Shown: positions 9,256-19,255, counted from the stretch's first letter. The stretch is DNA of 64,000 nucleotides from an uncultured Armatimonadetes bacterium (GCA_963716175.1 OY970296.1:3533684-3597683), one strand, 5' to 3'. Program-made: numbers and translations. The notes: generated by a model not told the origin, from the letters alone.

Positions 9256-10493
9256 GCGTTGGATTCGCCGCAACCGCGAGCAGCGCCGGTCGAGGAGATG
9301 ATGGCATGTTCCATACCGCCAGTGACAGTGACATCAAGCAGGGCCGGGTGAGCGATGTCTACTTCCAGCACGCGGTCGAGGTGCTGCGGGCGAAGGGCAT
9401 CAAGCGCCAGGTGCTGGCTGAGGTACGCGCCTCCTCCCTGCCGGATCGATACCGATGGGGGGTGCTCGCCGGGGTGGAGGAGGTAGCGCAGCTGGCAGCC
9501 GGGCTGCCTGCCACCGTGCGGTGCATGCCCGAGGGGAGCGTGTTCGAGGCGAATGAGCCCGTGCTCTCGATTGAGGGGGAGTACACGGAGTGGGGAGTCT
9601 ACGAGACGGCGCTGCTGGGCCTGCTCTGCCAGGCCTCAGGGGTGGCGACCAAAGCGGCGCGCTGCCGGCTCGCCGCGGGCAATCGGGCGTTGATCAGCTT
9701 CGGCGCCAAGCGCATGCACCCCGCGCTCGCTCCTATGATCGAGCGGAACGCCTACCTGGGCGGCTGTGATGGAGTGGCCGTGATCGCCAGCGCCGACCTG
9801 CTGGGGATACCGGCCTCCGGCACCATGCCGCACGCACTGATCTTGGTGGTGGGGGATGCAGTGAAGGCCTTCGAGATGTTCGACCAGGTCTTGCCCGCGA
9901 GCGTCCCACGCATCTGCCTGGTGGATACCCTGTGTGATGAGAAGAGGGAGGCGGTGGCCGCGGCCGAGGCCCTGGGGCCGGCGCTGGAGGCGGTGCGTCT
10001 GGACACGCCCGGCTCCCGCCGCGGTGACATGGCCGCCATCCTGCGGGAGGTGCGGTGGGAGCTGGACCTGCGCGGCCACCGTCAGGTCAAGCTGATGGTC
10101 TCTGGCGGCCTCGACGAGCAGTCTATCGTGGACCTGAATCCCTATGCCGATGGCTACGGCGTAGGCACCGCGATCAGCAACGCGGCCGTGGTGAACTTCG
10201 CGCTGGACATCGTGGAGATTGAGCGGAAGCCATTCACCAAGCGCGGCAAGACCTCCGGCCGCAAGGAAGTGCTGCGCTGCCCGGCCTGCGGCCAGCGGCG
10301 CATCGTGCCCGCGGGCGCACCCGCCCAGGCGGACCAAGCCCAGCAGGTGGCGGATCGCAAGTGCCTGTGCGGGGCCGAGATGGAGCAGTTGCTCCAGCCC
10401 TTGACCAAGGAGGGCAAGGCGGTCCGCGAGCTCAGGCCGGTGAAGGAGCTGCGGAGCTATGTGCTGGAGCAGACCGCGGGCCTGGGGCTGTGA
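9252..10493 (+). CDS. nicotinate phosphoribosyltransferase (NAPRTase family) with C-terminal Cys4 zinc-ribbon
   Basis: ATGA overlap with mreC stop (alternative ATG 9306); GAKRMHP, GTMPHALIL motifs; CPACG...CLCG ribbon. Confidence 0.75.
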   Translation: MSVGFAATASSAGRGDDGMFHTASDSDIKQGRVSDVYFQHAVEVLRAKGIKRQVLAEVRASSLPDRYRWGVLAGVEEVAQLAAGLPATVRCMPEGSVFEANEPVLSIEGEYTEWGVYETALLGLLCQASGVATKAARCRLAAGNRALISFGAKRMHPALAPMIERNAYLGGCDGVAVIASADLLGIPASGTMPHALILVVGDAVKAFEMFDQVLPASVPRICLVDTLCDEKREAVAAAEALGPALEAVRLDTPGSRRGDMAAILREVRWELDLRGHRQVKLMVSGGLDEQSIVDLNPYADGYGVGTAISNAAVVNFALDIVEIERKPFTKRGKTSGRKEVLRCPACGQRRIVPAGAPAQADQAQQVADRKCLCGAEMEQLLQPLTKEGKAVRELRPVKELRSYVLEQTAGLGL

Positions 10494-10505
10494 CGTTCAC
10501 AGCCC
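10485..10505. terminator. shared palindromic bidirectional terminator GGGCTGTGA-cgt-TCACAGCCC embedding both convergent stop codons
   Basis: perfect 9-bp inverted repeat containing TGA (10491-93) and TCA (10497-99). Confidence 0.5.
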
Positions 10506-11102
10506 AGCCACGATCACATACCCGACCTGGGGGTCGCCCGAGTAGGTGACGATGGCGTCTCCCGCGCGGGGCGTGCCGCTGCGCAGGTAGAGCTCGTAGC
10601 TCACGCGGACATCGGAGGAATCAGGCAGCTCTTCCGGCTCTCCGATCTTGGCCAACCGCACCGGGGGATTGCTGCCGAACTGCTCTTTCAACCGCTCCCC
10701 GGCCTGCTTGCGACTGCCGTACTTGTCTACCATCGCCGGGCAGTAGAACGCGGCCGCCTCATACTTGCCGGCGATCATCGCGCGCCAGAAACCGCTGACT
10801 GCCTCCCGCGCCGAGGCCGCCGGAGGGGGCGGCGGCTCTGGGCGGGTGAACGCAAAGAGCGCGCCGATCGCGGCCACCGCGACCAGCGCGACCGCGCCCC
10901 AGGTGAGCCAGGCCGGCCGCCGCGGGCGCGGCTTCTTCGCCGCCGCCGCTACCTTCTGCTGCTCGGCGAGCTCCCGTACCGCCTCTTCCACCTCGGCGGC
11001 CGGCTGCTCGGCAGTGGGTTTGCGGGGCCGTTGGAGCTGGCGAAGCGCCTCCTCCAGGTCATCCTGCGACCCGTCGCCGCCCAGATCAATGCGCCTTCGC
11101 AT
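10497..11102 (-). CDS. hypothetical membrane-anchored protein (single TM, C-terminal beta-rich domain)
   Basis: start trimmed to Met71 of the 271-aa ORF because the longer ORF overlaps tRNA-Arg; TM WLTWGAVALVAVAAIGALFAF. Confidence 0.5.
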   Translation of the reverse strand: MRRRIDLGGDGSQDDLEEALRQLQRPRKPTAEQPAAEVEEAVRELAEQQKVAAAAKKPRPRRPAWLTWGAVALVAVAAIGALFAFTRPEPPPPPAASAREAVSGFWRAMIAGKYEAAAFYCPAMVDKYGSRKQAGERLKEQFGSNPPVRLAKIGEPEELPDSSDVRVSYELYLRSGTPRAGDAIVTYSGDPQVGYVIVAGL

Positions 11103-11163
11103 GCTTATCCGCACTTCCCCTACAGGTTCGTTTCCGGCGAGGCGACTCGCTTTCCTGCTCGGC

Positions 11164-11192
11164 TTGACGTGCACGAACCGGGCTGTTAGACT
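11164..11192 (+). promoter_or_regulatory. putative promoter TTGACG-N17-TAGACT for tRNA-Arg
   Basis: tRNA 5' end 8 nt downstream of -10. Confidence 0.4.
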
Positions 11193-11200
11193 CGATCTAC

Positions 11201-11277
11201 GCCCCCGTAGCTCAGGCGGATAGAGCAGGGCTCTCCTAAGGCCCGTGTCGCGCGTTCGAGTCGCGCCGGGGGCTCCA
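11201..11277 (+). tRNA. tRNA-Arg (anticodon CCT), CCA encoded
   Basis: acceptor GCCCCCG/CGGGGGC, D stem GCTC/GAGC, anticodon loop CUCCUAA, T stem GCGCG/CGCGC loop TTCGAGT. Confidence 0.85.
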
Positions 11278-11535
11278 CTCAGCCAGCTGCGAGGCCGAAC
11301 GCGGCGCCGCATGGAGCCCAGGCCTCAGTGCAGTCCCGGCCAGCCTGGTGCGTGCAGGCTCTTGTTCCACACCGACATGGTTCTTTCCAAGACCGGCTTC
11401 TCGGCCTTGGGGCAGCCTGTGCCGCGCGCATCAGTCCCGCCGGGCTATAGCAAGCCAGCCTCGCTGTGAGGTAGGAGAAAGCGCGGGCAGCGGGAATGGT
11501 ACGGCGGCACTTCCCGCGGGGATGGTCGCGCTGCT

Positions 11536-12777
11536 ATGGGAAAGGGCGGAACTCGCGACTGGCGTCGGCTTCTCATCACCCTCGGCGTGGTGCTGGCGCT
11601 GGCCCAACTGTTCCGCGCTTTCCACGGAGCACAGACCCGGTTCATCGCCAATGACGGCGACTGGTACTACGCTCACCTTGCCTCCCTGTACTTCGACCAC
11701 GATCTCGATCTGAGCAATCAGATGGCGACCTGGCAGAAGACGGTGGGGGGGCCGCCGCTCGCGGTGGCGACCGGGCGCCCGACGCCCACCGCGTTCACGG
11801 TGGGACCGGCGGTGCTGTGGCTCCCCGCGTTCGCGCTGGCCGATGCTGTGGTGTGGGTGGCTGATAAGGTCCGGCCTCTGATACCCCGCAACGGCTGCAG
11901 CATGCCGTATCAGCTTGCAGTGGCCTGGGCCACGCTGCTCTACGGCCTGATCGGCGTGTGGTTCTCCTTCCAGGCCGCGCTCTGGTGGTGTGGAAGCGAG
12001 ATGAGGCGGTGGCGAGACGGCCCGGCGCTGGCGATTGCTGCCTCCCTCCTGGCCAGCCCCGCGCTCTACTATCTGTTCTTCGAGCCCACCATGGCCCATG
12101 GCCTCAGCATCTTCACGGCCTCGCTTCTGGTCTGGCTGTGGCTGAGGACGGGTCATTCCGGCCGCTGGTGGCGATGGGCCCTGGTCGGTCTCGCCGGGGG
12201 GCTGTGCGCGCTGATCCGGCCCCAGGATGGCATCTTGCTGCTGCTGCCCGCGAGCACCATCTTGCTGTTCCGGTCGTCCGGCCTGCTGGTGCGAGCAAGC
12301 GCCCTGGTCGCGGGCGCCGCCATTGCCTTCCTACCCCAGGCCCTGGTCTGGCAGGCCACCTTCGGGCGGCCTGTGGCCCTGCCTCAGGGACCTGACTTTC
12401 TGGTCTGGATCAGGCCGGCCCTGCTCCAGGTCTGGTTCTCGCCTCACCATGGGCTGTTCACTTGGACCCCGATCTGGCTCGCCGGATTGGTGGGCCTGCG
12501 CTTCGTCCCGCCGGAGAGGCGGCGAGACAGCGTCGCCCTGCTCCTGGTCTTTCTGCTGGAATCTTATGTGAACGCTGCCGCCCGCGACTGGTGGGCCGGC
12601 GACGCGTTCGGTGCCCGGCGTTTCCTCGGCCTTTTCCCTGTCTTCGCCCTCGGGCTCAGCTCACTCGCGTGCTGCCTGAGTCGGCGATCTTACGCCTACG
12701 CGGCGGCGGGCATCACCATCGCCGCCAATCTTGCTCTCATGGCGGCCTATGTGACCGGGCGCATTCCGCACGGGTGA
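11536..12777 (+). CDS. polytopic membrane protein, possibly GT-C-type glycosyltransferase
   Basis: 413 aa, ~10 TM, periplasmic acidic DxD-like loop (YFDHDLDLS); function uncertain. Confidence 0.6.
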   Translation: MGKGGTRDWRRLLITLGVVLALAQLFRAFHGAQTRFIANDGDWYYAHLASLYFDHDLDLSNQMATWQKTVGGPPLAVATGRPTPTAFTVGPAVLWLPAFALADAVVWVADKVRPLIPRNGCSMPYQLAVAWATLLYGLIGVWFSFQAALWWCGSEMRRWRDGPALAIAASLLASPALYYLFFEPTMAHGLSIFTASLLVWLWLRTGHSGRWWRWALVGLAGGLCALIRPQDGILLLLPASTILLFRSSGLLVRASALVAGAAIAFLPQALVWQATFGRPVALPQGPDFLVWIRPALLQVWFSPHHGLFTWTPIWLAGLVGLRFVPPERRRDSVALLLVFLLESYVNAAARDWWAGDAFGARRFLGLFPVFALGLSSLACCLSRRSYAYAAAGITIAANLALMAAYVTGRIPHG

Positions 12778-12830
12778 GGGTGATCGCCGGCCGCGAGGAG
12801 GAACCTCCGCCGCTGCCGAAGCCTGGTGGC

Positions 12831-13391
12831 GTGAAGATCGCCGTCGGCCTGGGCAACCCGGGAATCACCTACCGCAGAACCCGGCACAATATCGGTTACC
12901 TGGTGCTGAACGCGCTGGCCCGGCAGCGCGACATCCGCATTCGTCGCGGCCGGTTCCGATGCAGCCAGGGCGAAGGCGAGATCGGCAAGGAGCAGGTAGT
13001 GCTGGCGCGGCCTCTAACCTTCATGAACGAGAGCGGGGCCTGCGTCGCCGGCCTGGTGCGGCACTTCGACTGCGCCCTCGGCGACCTGCTGGTGGTCTGC
13101 GATGATGTCAATCTCGATCTCGGGAAGATGCGCCTGCGGCGAGCCGGGAGCGCGGGAGGCCACAAAGGCCTGATCTCCATCATCCAGCACCTGCACAGCG
13201 AGGAGTTCCCGCGGCTGCGCATCGGTATCAACCGCCCGCCCGAGGGGATGGACATGATGAGTTATGTGTTGGGGCCCTTCCGCCGGGGCGAGTGGCCGAC
13301 GGTGAACGAGACCATCGCCCGGGCGGCGCAAGCCGTCGAGACCTGGGTCTATCACGGGATCGAAGAGGCGATGAACCGGTTCAACGCCTAG
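12831..13391 (+). CDS. pth: peptidyl-tRNA hydrolase
   Basis: GLGNPG..Y..TRHN.G, HNG motifs; start GTG 12831 (alt. 12780). Confidence 0.85.
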   Translation: MKIAVGLGNPGITYRRTRHNIGYLVLNALARQRDIRIRRGRFRCSQGEGEIGKEQVVLARPLTFMNESGACVAGLVRHFDCALGDLLVVCDDVNLDLGKMRLRRAGSAGGHKGLISIIQHLHSEEFPRLRIGINRPPEGMDMMSYVLGPFRRGEWPTVNETIARAAQAVETWVYHGIEEAMNRFNA

Positions 13392-13393
13392 AA

Positions 13394-13432
13394 GCTGTTT
13401 CATAACCTTCCCAGGGAAGGTTATGAAACAGC
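13394..13432 (+). terminator. perfect 19-nt palindrome GCTGTTTCATAACCTTCCC-a-GGGAAGGTTATGAAACAGC after pth
   Basis: read directly; unusually AT-rich for this genome. Confidence 0.6.
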
Positions 13433-13581
13433 ACCGCACAACCTCAGGCCGTGGTAGGCGCATTTCATGCGAGGGCGCGGTGCGGCCAGCCAGCAGATAG
13501 GTTACGAAATGCGCTCTAGGCCCGCCTGCGGCGGGCCGGCGCGGCGGTGCGGACCGAGCACCTAGCCACTGAGAGGTGAGC

Positions 13582-14355
13582 ATGAAGAGTATCAGGCAGC
13601 GGGTGTTGAGTGGTGAACTCATGGTCGGGACCTGGCTCAATCTCGGCTCCAGCCTCACCGCCGAGATTGCGGGCAGGGCAGGATTCGACTGGGTGCTGGT
13701 TGACCTGGAGCACGGCGCGGGGGATCACGAGAGCCTGGTGCACCAGTTGCAGGCAGTGGAAGGCACGCCGGCGGCGGCGCTGGTGCGCATCGCTTGGAAC
13801 GAGCCCGCGCGCTTCAAGCGGGTGCTCGACCTGGGGGCTTCCGGCATCGTGGTGCCCTGGGTGACCACGGCAGCGGAGGCCGCGCAGGCGGTGGCCGCCA
13901 TGCGCTATCCGCCGCAGGGGATCAGAGGCGTGGCCAAGCTGAACCGCGCCAACGCCTTCGGCGAGGGCTTCGAGCATTACCTGGCCACCGCCAATGAGGA
14001 GCTTCTCACCGTGGTGCAGATCGAGACCGAACCGACGCTTGAGCGCGTGGGCGAGATCGCGGCCGTGGATGGAGTGGATGTGCTCTTCGTGGGCCCCCTC
14101 GACCTGAGCGTCAGCCTGGGCATCCCCCAGCAGTTCGACCATCCCAGCTTTCGCGTCGCCCTGGCGAAGGTGGTCTCGGCCGCACGGGCGGCCGGCAAGG
14201 CCGCGGGTATCTTGCTGGCCCGACCCGAGCAGGTGGCGCAGACCGTGGCCGATGGCTTCACCTTCGTGGGCCTGGGCTCGGACGGCGGCCTGATGGCCGA
14301 GGGCATGAAGCGGCTGGCCGCCGCTCTGCTCAGCCACAAACAGAGCCCAGCGTGA
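13582..14355 (+). CDS. HpcH/HpaI-family 2-keto-3-deoxy-acid aldolase
   Basis: GTW...S...E..AGFDWV..D.EHG, RYPP.G.RG motifs; GAGAGG SD 5 nt upstream. Confidence 0.85.
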   Translation: MKSIRQRVLSGELMVGTWLNLGSSLTAEIAGRAGFDWVLVDLEHGAGDHESLVHQLQAVEGTPAAALVRIAWNEPARFKRVLDLGASGIVVPWVTTAAEAAQAVAAMRYPPQGIRGVAKLNRANAFGEGFEHYLATANEELLTVVQIETEPTLERVGEIAAVDGVDVLFVGPLDLSVSLGIPQQFDHPSFRVALAKVVSAARAAGKAAGILLARPEQVAQTVADGFTFVGLGSDGGLMAEGMKRLAAALLSHKQSPA

Positions 14356-15317
14356 ACCGGGCCAGAATCGCGGCGACAGGCCCGGTGGATCCGATCGCGG
14401 CCGAGATTCTGGCGCCCTTCGGCGAGATCGTGACTGCGGCCAACACTAGCATGCAGTCACTGCTTCCACTCCTGAAAGGCGCGGTGGCCCTGATCGTCCG
14501 CGGCGATGGCCTGGCGAATGCGAGCATCATCGAGGCCGCTACGGATCTGAAGGTGATCGGGCGTACCGGCGTCGGCCACGACAATGTGGACATTGCCGCC
14601 GCTACCCGCCGGGGGATACCAGTGGTCTTCACACCGGGAGCGTCCGATAGGGCCGTCGCCGAGGGAGCGTTGGCGCTGATGCTGGCCCTGTGCAAGAACC
14701 TGTCCTACTGGGATCGGCAACTCAAGCAGGGGAACTGGCAGAGCCGGCACCAGTCCCGGCCCAGGGACCTGGATGGAGCGACCCTGGGCATCATCGGATT
14801 CGGCCGCATCGGGCAGATGCTGGCCGCGCTGGTGCGGCCGTTCAACATGACTACCGTGGCCTACGATCCCTATGTCCCCGCGGAGAAGGCGGAAGCGGTC
14901 GGGGCCAAGCTGGCTGATCTCGATGTGCTGCTCAGAAGCTCTGACTTCATCTCCCTCCACGCTGCCCTCACGGACGAAACGCGGGGCCTGATCAACCGCG
15001 AGCGGGTGGCCCTGGTGAAGCCCGGCGCCTATCTCATCAACCTGGCGCGGGGTGGGATCGTCGCCAGCCTGGACGTCCTCTATCAGGCCTTGCAGGAGGG
15101 CCGGCTGGCCGGAGTCGGGCTGGACGTGTTCGACCCCGAGCCGCCCGATGTGAGCCATCCCATCTTCAAGCTGCCCAACTGCCTCGCCTCGCCGCATGCC
15201 CTGGCCATGTCCGAGGGAGCCATGAAACGAATCTTCAGCTCCATGGCCGAGGACATGGCCGCGGTGCTGCGAGGTGAGCGCCCGCGCTTCGTAGTGAACC
15301 CGGAGGTGCTCGGGTAG
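14352..15317 (+). CDS. D-isomer-specific 2-hydroxyacid dehydrogenase (glyoxylate/hydroxypyruvate reductase-like)
   Basis: GxGxxG Rossmann (LGIIGFGRIGQ), catalytic R/E/H region; GTGA overlap with aldolase. Confidence 0.85.
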   Translation: MNRARIAATGPVDPIAAEILAPFGEIVTAANTSMQSLLPLLKGAVALIVRGDGLANASIIEAATDLKVIGRTGVGHDNVDIAAATRRGIPVVFTPGASDRAVAEGALALMLALCKNLSYWDRQLKQGNWQSRHQSRPRDLDGATLGIIGFGRIGQMLAALVRPFNMTTVAYDPYVPAEKAEAVGAKLADLDVLLRSSDFISLHAALTDETRGLINRERVALVKPGAYLINLARGGIVASLDVLYQALQEGRLAGVGLDVFDPEPPDVSHPIFKLPNCLASPHALAMSEGAMKRIFSSMAEDMAAVLRGERPRFVVNPEVLG

Positions 15318-15533
15318 TCTGCGGCGGGTGTCATCGGCTTCTCGGGCTCTACCGCAGACGCCTCCGGTGTCAGGCTGAGTCCGCCAGAGGCGGACGAAGC
15401 ATCACGCCGCGCGGAAGAGCCGAACGGCGGGATTCTTCGCTTCCTCCTTCTCCGAGGCTTCGCAGCACGAGCCGCTCAGAATGACAGCTGACGCGGGCCT
15501 GGCTCCTGCGATCACGTCCCGGCGGCCTCAACA

Positions 15534-15563
15534 TTGACAACCTCCTCCGCCTTCGGGCATAAT
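15534..15563 (+). promoter_or_regulatory. promoter TTGACA-N18-CATAAT followed by short GC hairpin leader
   Basis: TTGACA 15534-39, CATAAT 15558-63; hairpin GCGCCGC-gcgg-GGCGGCGC 15568-88. Confidence 0.5.
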
Positions 15564-15611
15564 CCGGGTGCGCCGCGCGGGGCGGCGCATATCCTTCTGG
15601 GAGGATTCAGC

Positions 15612-16760
15612 GTGGAAGAGAAGCAGCTCTTGATGATCCCTGGCCCGACGCCGGTGCCGCAGTCCATCTTGCTGGCCGGGGCCAAACCGATGATCAACCA
15701 CCGCGGCCCGGAGTTCAAGGCCGCCTTGGAGGAGTGCACCCAGGGCCTGAAGCGAGTCTTCCAAACCTCACATGAGGTCTATATCCTGACCGCCTCCGGC
15801 ACCGGGGGCCTGGAGGCGGCCGTGGTGAACACGCTCTCGCCCGGCGATCCGGTGCTGTCCGTCAGCATCGGGGTGTTCGGCGATCGCTTCGCCACCATTG
15901 CCTCCACCTACGGCGCGAAGGTCGAGAAGCTGGACTTCGAGATGGGCACGGCCGCCGATCCGGCCAAGATTCGGGAGCGCCTCGCGGCCGACAAGAAGAA
16001 GGAGATCAAGGCTGTCCTGGTCACCCAGAACGAGACTTCCACTGGCGTGACCAATGACCTCAAGACCATCGGCAGCGTGGTGCACGAGCATGGTGCCCTC
16101 CTCTTGGTGGATGGCATCAGCTCTGTGGTGGCGATGGACTGCCAGATGGACGCGTGGCACGTGGATGTGCTGGTCGCGGGCTCTCAGAAAGCCTTTATGA
16201 TCCCGCCCGGGCTCTGCTTCATCGCCGTCAACGACCGCGCCCAGGCAGCGATGCAGCAGGCGAAGATGCCGCGGTTCTACTTCGACTTGGGCCAGGCGAA
16301 GCGGTACCTGGCCGAAGGGCAGACTCCGTGGACACCAGCCGTGCCCCAGGTGCTGCAGCTGCGGGAGGCCTTGAAGCTGCTGGAGAAGGAGGGGCTAAGG
16401 AACTGCATCGCCCGCCACGCCAGGCTGGCAAGGGCTACTCGCGAGGGGGTGAAAGCCCTGGGCCTGAAGCTGCTCGCCGACGAGTCCTGCGCCAGCAATG
16501 CCGTCACCTCCGTGCGCAACCCGGAGGGAGTGGATGGCGCGGCCCTGCGCAAGGTGATGCGAGAGAAGTACGGCGTGGTGCTGGCCGGCGGACAGGGCGC
16601 CCTGCGCAATGATATCTTCCGCATCGGGCATCTCGGGTTGGTCAGCGAGACCGATATCATCGCGGTGCTGGGGACACTGGGCCTGGCGCTCAAAGAGCTG
16701 GGTGCAGAGGTGGATCCGGGGGCTGGAGTGACTGCCGCAGTGGCCGTGTTCGGGGGCTGA
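15612..16760 (+). CDS. class-V aminotransferase (serine-glyoxylate / serine-pyruvate aminotransferase; possibly acts as phosphoserine aminotransferase)
   Basis: 382 aa from GTG with GGGAGGA SD; LMIPGPT N-term, PLP-lysine region SQKAFM. Confidence 0.85.
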   Translation: MEEKQLLMIPGPTPVPQSILLAGAKPMINHRGPEFKAALEECTQGLKRVFQTSHEVYILTASGTGGLEAAVVNTLSPGDPVLSVSIGVFGDRFATIASTYGAKVEKLDFEMGTAADPAKIRERLAADKKKEIKAVLVTQNETSTGVTNDLKTIGSVVHEHGALLLVDGISSVVAMDCQMDAWHVDVLVAGSQKAFMIPPGLCFIAVNDRAQAAMQQAKMPRFYFDLGQAKRYLAEGQTPWTPAVPQVLQLREALKLLEKEGLRNCIARHARLARATREGVKALGLKLLADESCASNAVTSVRNPEGVDGAALRKVMREKYGVVLAGGQGALRNDIFRIGHLGLVSETDIIAVLGTLGLALKELGAEVDPGAGVTAAVAVFGG

Positions 16761-16763
16761 GGG

Positions 16764-18362
16764 ATGGCACGGACGTGGCGGGTTCTGGTCAGCGACCAGC
16801 TCTCCGAGGAAGGGCTTGCCGCCCTACGGGGCGATAACCAGGTCGAGGTGGTGGTGAAGACCGGCCTGGCGCCCGAGGAGCTGAAGCAGGAGATCGCCGA
16901 GGCCCATGCGCTGCTGGTGCGGAGCGCGACCAAGGTTACGGCAGAGGTGATCGCGGCCGGGGCAAAGCTGATGGTGATCGGGCGCGCCGGGGTGGGAGTG
17001 GACAACATTGACGTGCCGGCCGCCACCCGCCGCGGCATCGTGGTCTGCAACTCCCCCGAGGGCAACACCGTGGCCGCCGCCGAGCACACCTGGGCCCTCA
17101 TCCTGGCGCTCGCCCGCAGCATTCCCGCGGCCAGCGCCTCGGTGGCCGCGGGTGAGTGGAAGCGCAGCGCCTTCATGGGTGTGGAGCTGTTCAACAAGAC
17201 CCTGGGGGTCATCGGGCTGGGCAAGATCGGAAGAGAAGTCGCCCTGCGCGCCGCCGCCTTCGGCATGAGGGTCGTAGCTGACGATCCCTTCGTCTCTGCC
17301 GACCAGGCCGCTCGCCTGGGGACGGAGATCGTGGCGCTCCCGGAACTGCTGGCACGCTCCGATTTCATCACCATCCACGTGCCCCTCAATCGCGATACGC
17401 GGCATCTCCTGGATGCGGCTGCGCTGGCTCAGGTCAAGCCCGGGGTGCGCATTATCAACTGCGCGCGAGGAGGCATTGTGGACGAGGCCGCCCTGGCGCG
17501 GGCCATCAAGGAGGGGCGAGTGGCCGGGGCGGGCCTGGATGTGTTCGAGAAGGAGCCGCCGGCCGATAGCTCGCTGCTAGGCCTGAGCAATGTGGTGCTC
17601 ACCCCGCACTTGGGCGCCTCCACCGAGGAAGCGCAGCTCAAGGTGGCGGTGGACGTGGCGCAGCAGGTGCTGGACGTGCTGCATGGGAGGCCGGCGCGGA
17701 GCGCGGTCAACGTGCTGCCTGTCAGCGCCGAGTCCATGCGCACGCTGGAGCCCTACCTCCCGCTCGCCGAGAAGATGGGGCGGCTTCAGGGCCAGCTCGC
17801 GGAGGGTCCGCTCACTGTGGTGGAGCTGATCTATGCGGGCCAGTTAGCGGAAGAGGACTCCCGGCTGCTCACTCCGGCATTTCTGAAGGGGATGCTGGAG
17901 CCCGTCCTGGATGAGCCGGTCAACCTGGTGAACGCGGCCCTGGTGGCTCAGGCGCGAGGCATCAGGGTAGTCGAGTCTCGCAGCCGCGAGGCGGAGGACT
18001 TCGTCAGTTTGATCACCTCGCGAGCCAGTACGGAGGAGGCGGAGCGAGTGATCGCCGGGACTCTGTTCGGGCGGAGCGAACCCCGCATCGTGCTGATGGA
18101 CCGCTACCGCGTGGACTTTGTTCCCTCCGGCTATATGCTGGTCTCGATGCACATTGATAAGCCCGGCATCATCGGCAAGGTCGGCACGCTGCTGGGCCAG
18201 CATAGCATCAACATCGCCGGCATGCAGGTAGGCCGGGGCCAGCCCAAACCTGGCGGGCTGTCGGTGATGGTGTTGGCCCTGGACAACCCGGTGCCGCCCG
18301 AGGTCCTGGCCCAGTTGCGTCAGGTGGATGGGATCACCACCGCGGCACTGGTAGAGCTCTGA
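16764..18362 (+). CDS. serA: D-3-phosphoglycerate dehydrogenase (long form with ASB and ACT domains)
   Basis: 532 aa; GxGxxG, catalytic domain, C-terminal ACT (ISMHIDKPGIIGKVGTLLG). Confidence 0.9.
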   Translation: MARTWRVLVSDQLSEEGLAALRGDNQVEVVVKTGLAPEELKQEIAEAHALLVRSATKVTAEVIAAGAKLMVIGRAGVGVDNIDVPAATRRGIVVCNSPEGNTVAAAEHTWALILALARSIPAASASVAAGEWKRSAFMGVELFNKTLGVIGLGKIGREVALRAAAFGMRVVADDPFVSADQAARLGTEIVALPELLARSDFITIHVPLNRDTRHLLDAAALAQVKPGVRIINCARGGIVDEAALARAIKEGRVAGAGLDVFEKEPPADSSLLGLSNVVLTPHLGASTEEAQLKVAVDVAQQVLDVLHGRPARSAVNVLPVSAESMRTLEPYLPLAEKMGRLQGQLAEGPLTVVELIYAGQLAEEDSRLLTPAFLKGMLEPVLDEPVNLVNAALVAQARGIRVVESRSREAEDFVSLITSRASTEEAERVIAGTLFGRSEPRIVLMDRYRVDFVPSGYMLVSMHIDKPGIIGKVGTLLGQHSINIAGMQVGRGQPKPGGLSVMVLALDNPVPPEVLAQLRQVDGITTAALVEL

Positions 18363-18433
18363 CTGCGACTTCCCGACTCGTCTCTGCGCTGGCGGGGGAA
18401 CATGAGGGGTGCCATCCGTGCTGGGATGCTCAG

Positions 18434-19201
18434 ATGAAGATCCTGATCACCAACGACGACGGCATCGTCGCCCCCGGGCTGCTCGCGCTCCGTGCGGCCC
18501 TGCTGGAGATGGGAGAGGTCATCGCCATCGCCCCCGATCGTCCCCGCAGCGCCTGCGGTCACGCCGTCACCCTGCACAAGCCCCTGCGGCTGAACCGGGT
18601 GGAGCTGCCGGATGGCGGCGAGGGCTTCGCCTGCAATGGCACGCCCTCCGACTGCATCGCGCTGGGGGTGAGCGAGGACCTCGGCGGCCCGCCCGACCTG
18701 GTGGTCTCGGGGATCAACGGCGGCCCCAACCTGGGGTGGGACCTGACCTACTCCGGCACGGTGGCGGCGGCGATGGAGGGGGTGATCTGCGGAGTACCCA
18801 GTATCGCGATCAGCGTGGCGTCCCACACGGTCAGCGATTTTGGCCCCGCCGCTCGGTTCGCGCGCTACCTCAGCGAGGAGGTGGTCAGGCACGGCCTTCC
18901 CCAGGAGGTTTTCCTCAATGTGAACGTGCCGCCGGTGCGGGCCGAAGAGATCCAGGGCGTGGCCATCACCCATCAGGGACGGCTGATCTACGAGAACCGC
19001 ATCGAGCGGCGCACCGATCCCCGGGGCCGGGATTACTTCTGGTTCACCGGCGACCGGGTCGAGCACCGGGGCCAGCCCGGCAGCGATATCGAGGCCGTGG
19101 CCCGGAATCGCATCTCCATCACGCCCCTCCGCCTTGACCTCACCGACCACACCAGGCTGGCGCACCTGCGAGCCTGGGAACTGGAGTGGCCCCCAGGGTA
19201 G
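18434..19201 (+). CDS. surE: 5'/3'-nucleotidase SurE
   Basis: MKILITNDDGI N-terminal motif. Confidence 0.9.
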   Translation: MKILITNDDGIVAPGLLALRAALLEMGEVIAIAPDRPRSACGHAVTLHKPLRLNRVELPDGGEGFACNGTPSDCIALGVSEDLGGPPDLVVSGINGGPNLGWDLTYSGTVAAAMEGVICGVPSIAISVASHTVSDFGPAARFARYLSEEVVRHGLPQEVFLNVNVPPVRAEEIQGVAITHQGRLIYENRIERRTDPRGRDYFWFTGDRVEHRGQPGSDIEAVARNRISITPLRLDLTDHTRLAHLRAWELEWPPG

Positions 19202-19255
19202 AATGAGTGAGATCGGCGCTCGTTTCCCGCCGCACCATGGCCGGAAAGCTCCGAC

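Noticed and set aside
8439-10493. 684-aa ORF spanning mreC and NAPRTase
   Set aside because: The N-terminal ~290 aa is an out-of-frame Arg/Gly/Pro-rich read-through across mreC. The real gene is the NAPRTase starting at 9252/9306.
10497-11312. 271-aa version of the minus-strand hypothetical
   Set aside because: The N-terminal 70 codons overlap tRNA-Arg and its promoter on the opposite strand. It was trimmed to the internal Met at 11102.
12462-13391. 309-aa ORF upstream extension of pth
   Set aside because: The N-terminal 120 aa overlap the preceding membrane-protein gene out of frame. pth starts at 12831 (or 12780).
16277-17389. 370-aa minus-strand ORF antisense to serA/aminotransferase
   Set aside because: Ser/Ala/Thr/Arg-rich shadow ORF. 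The sense strand encodes well-conserved enzymes.
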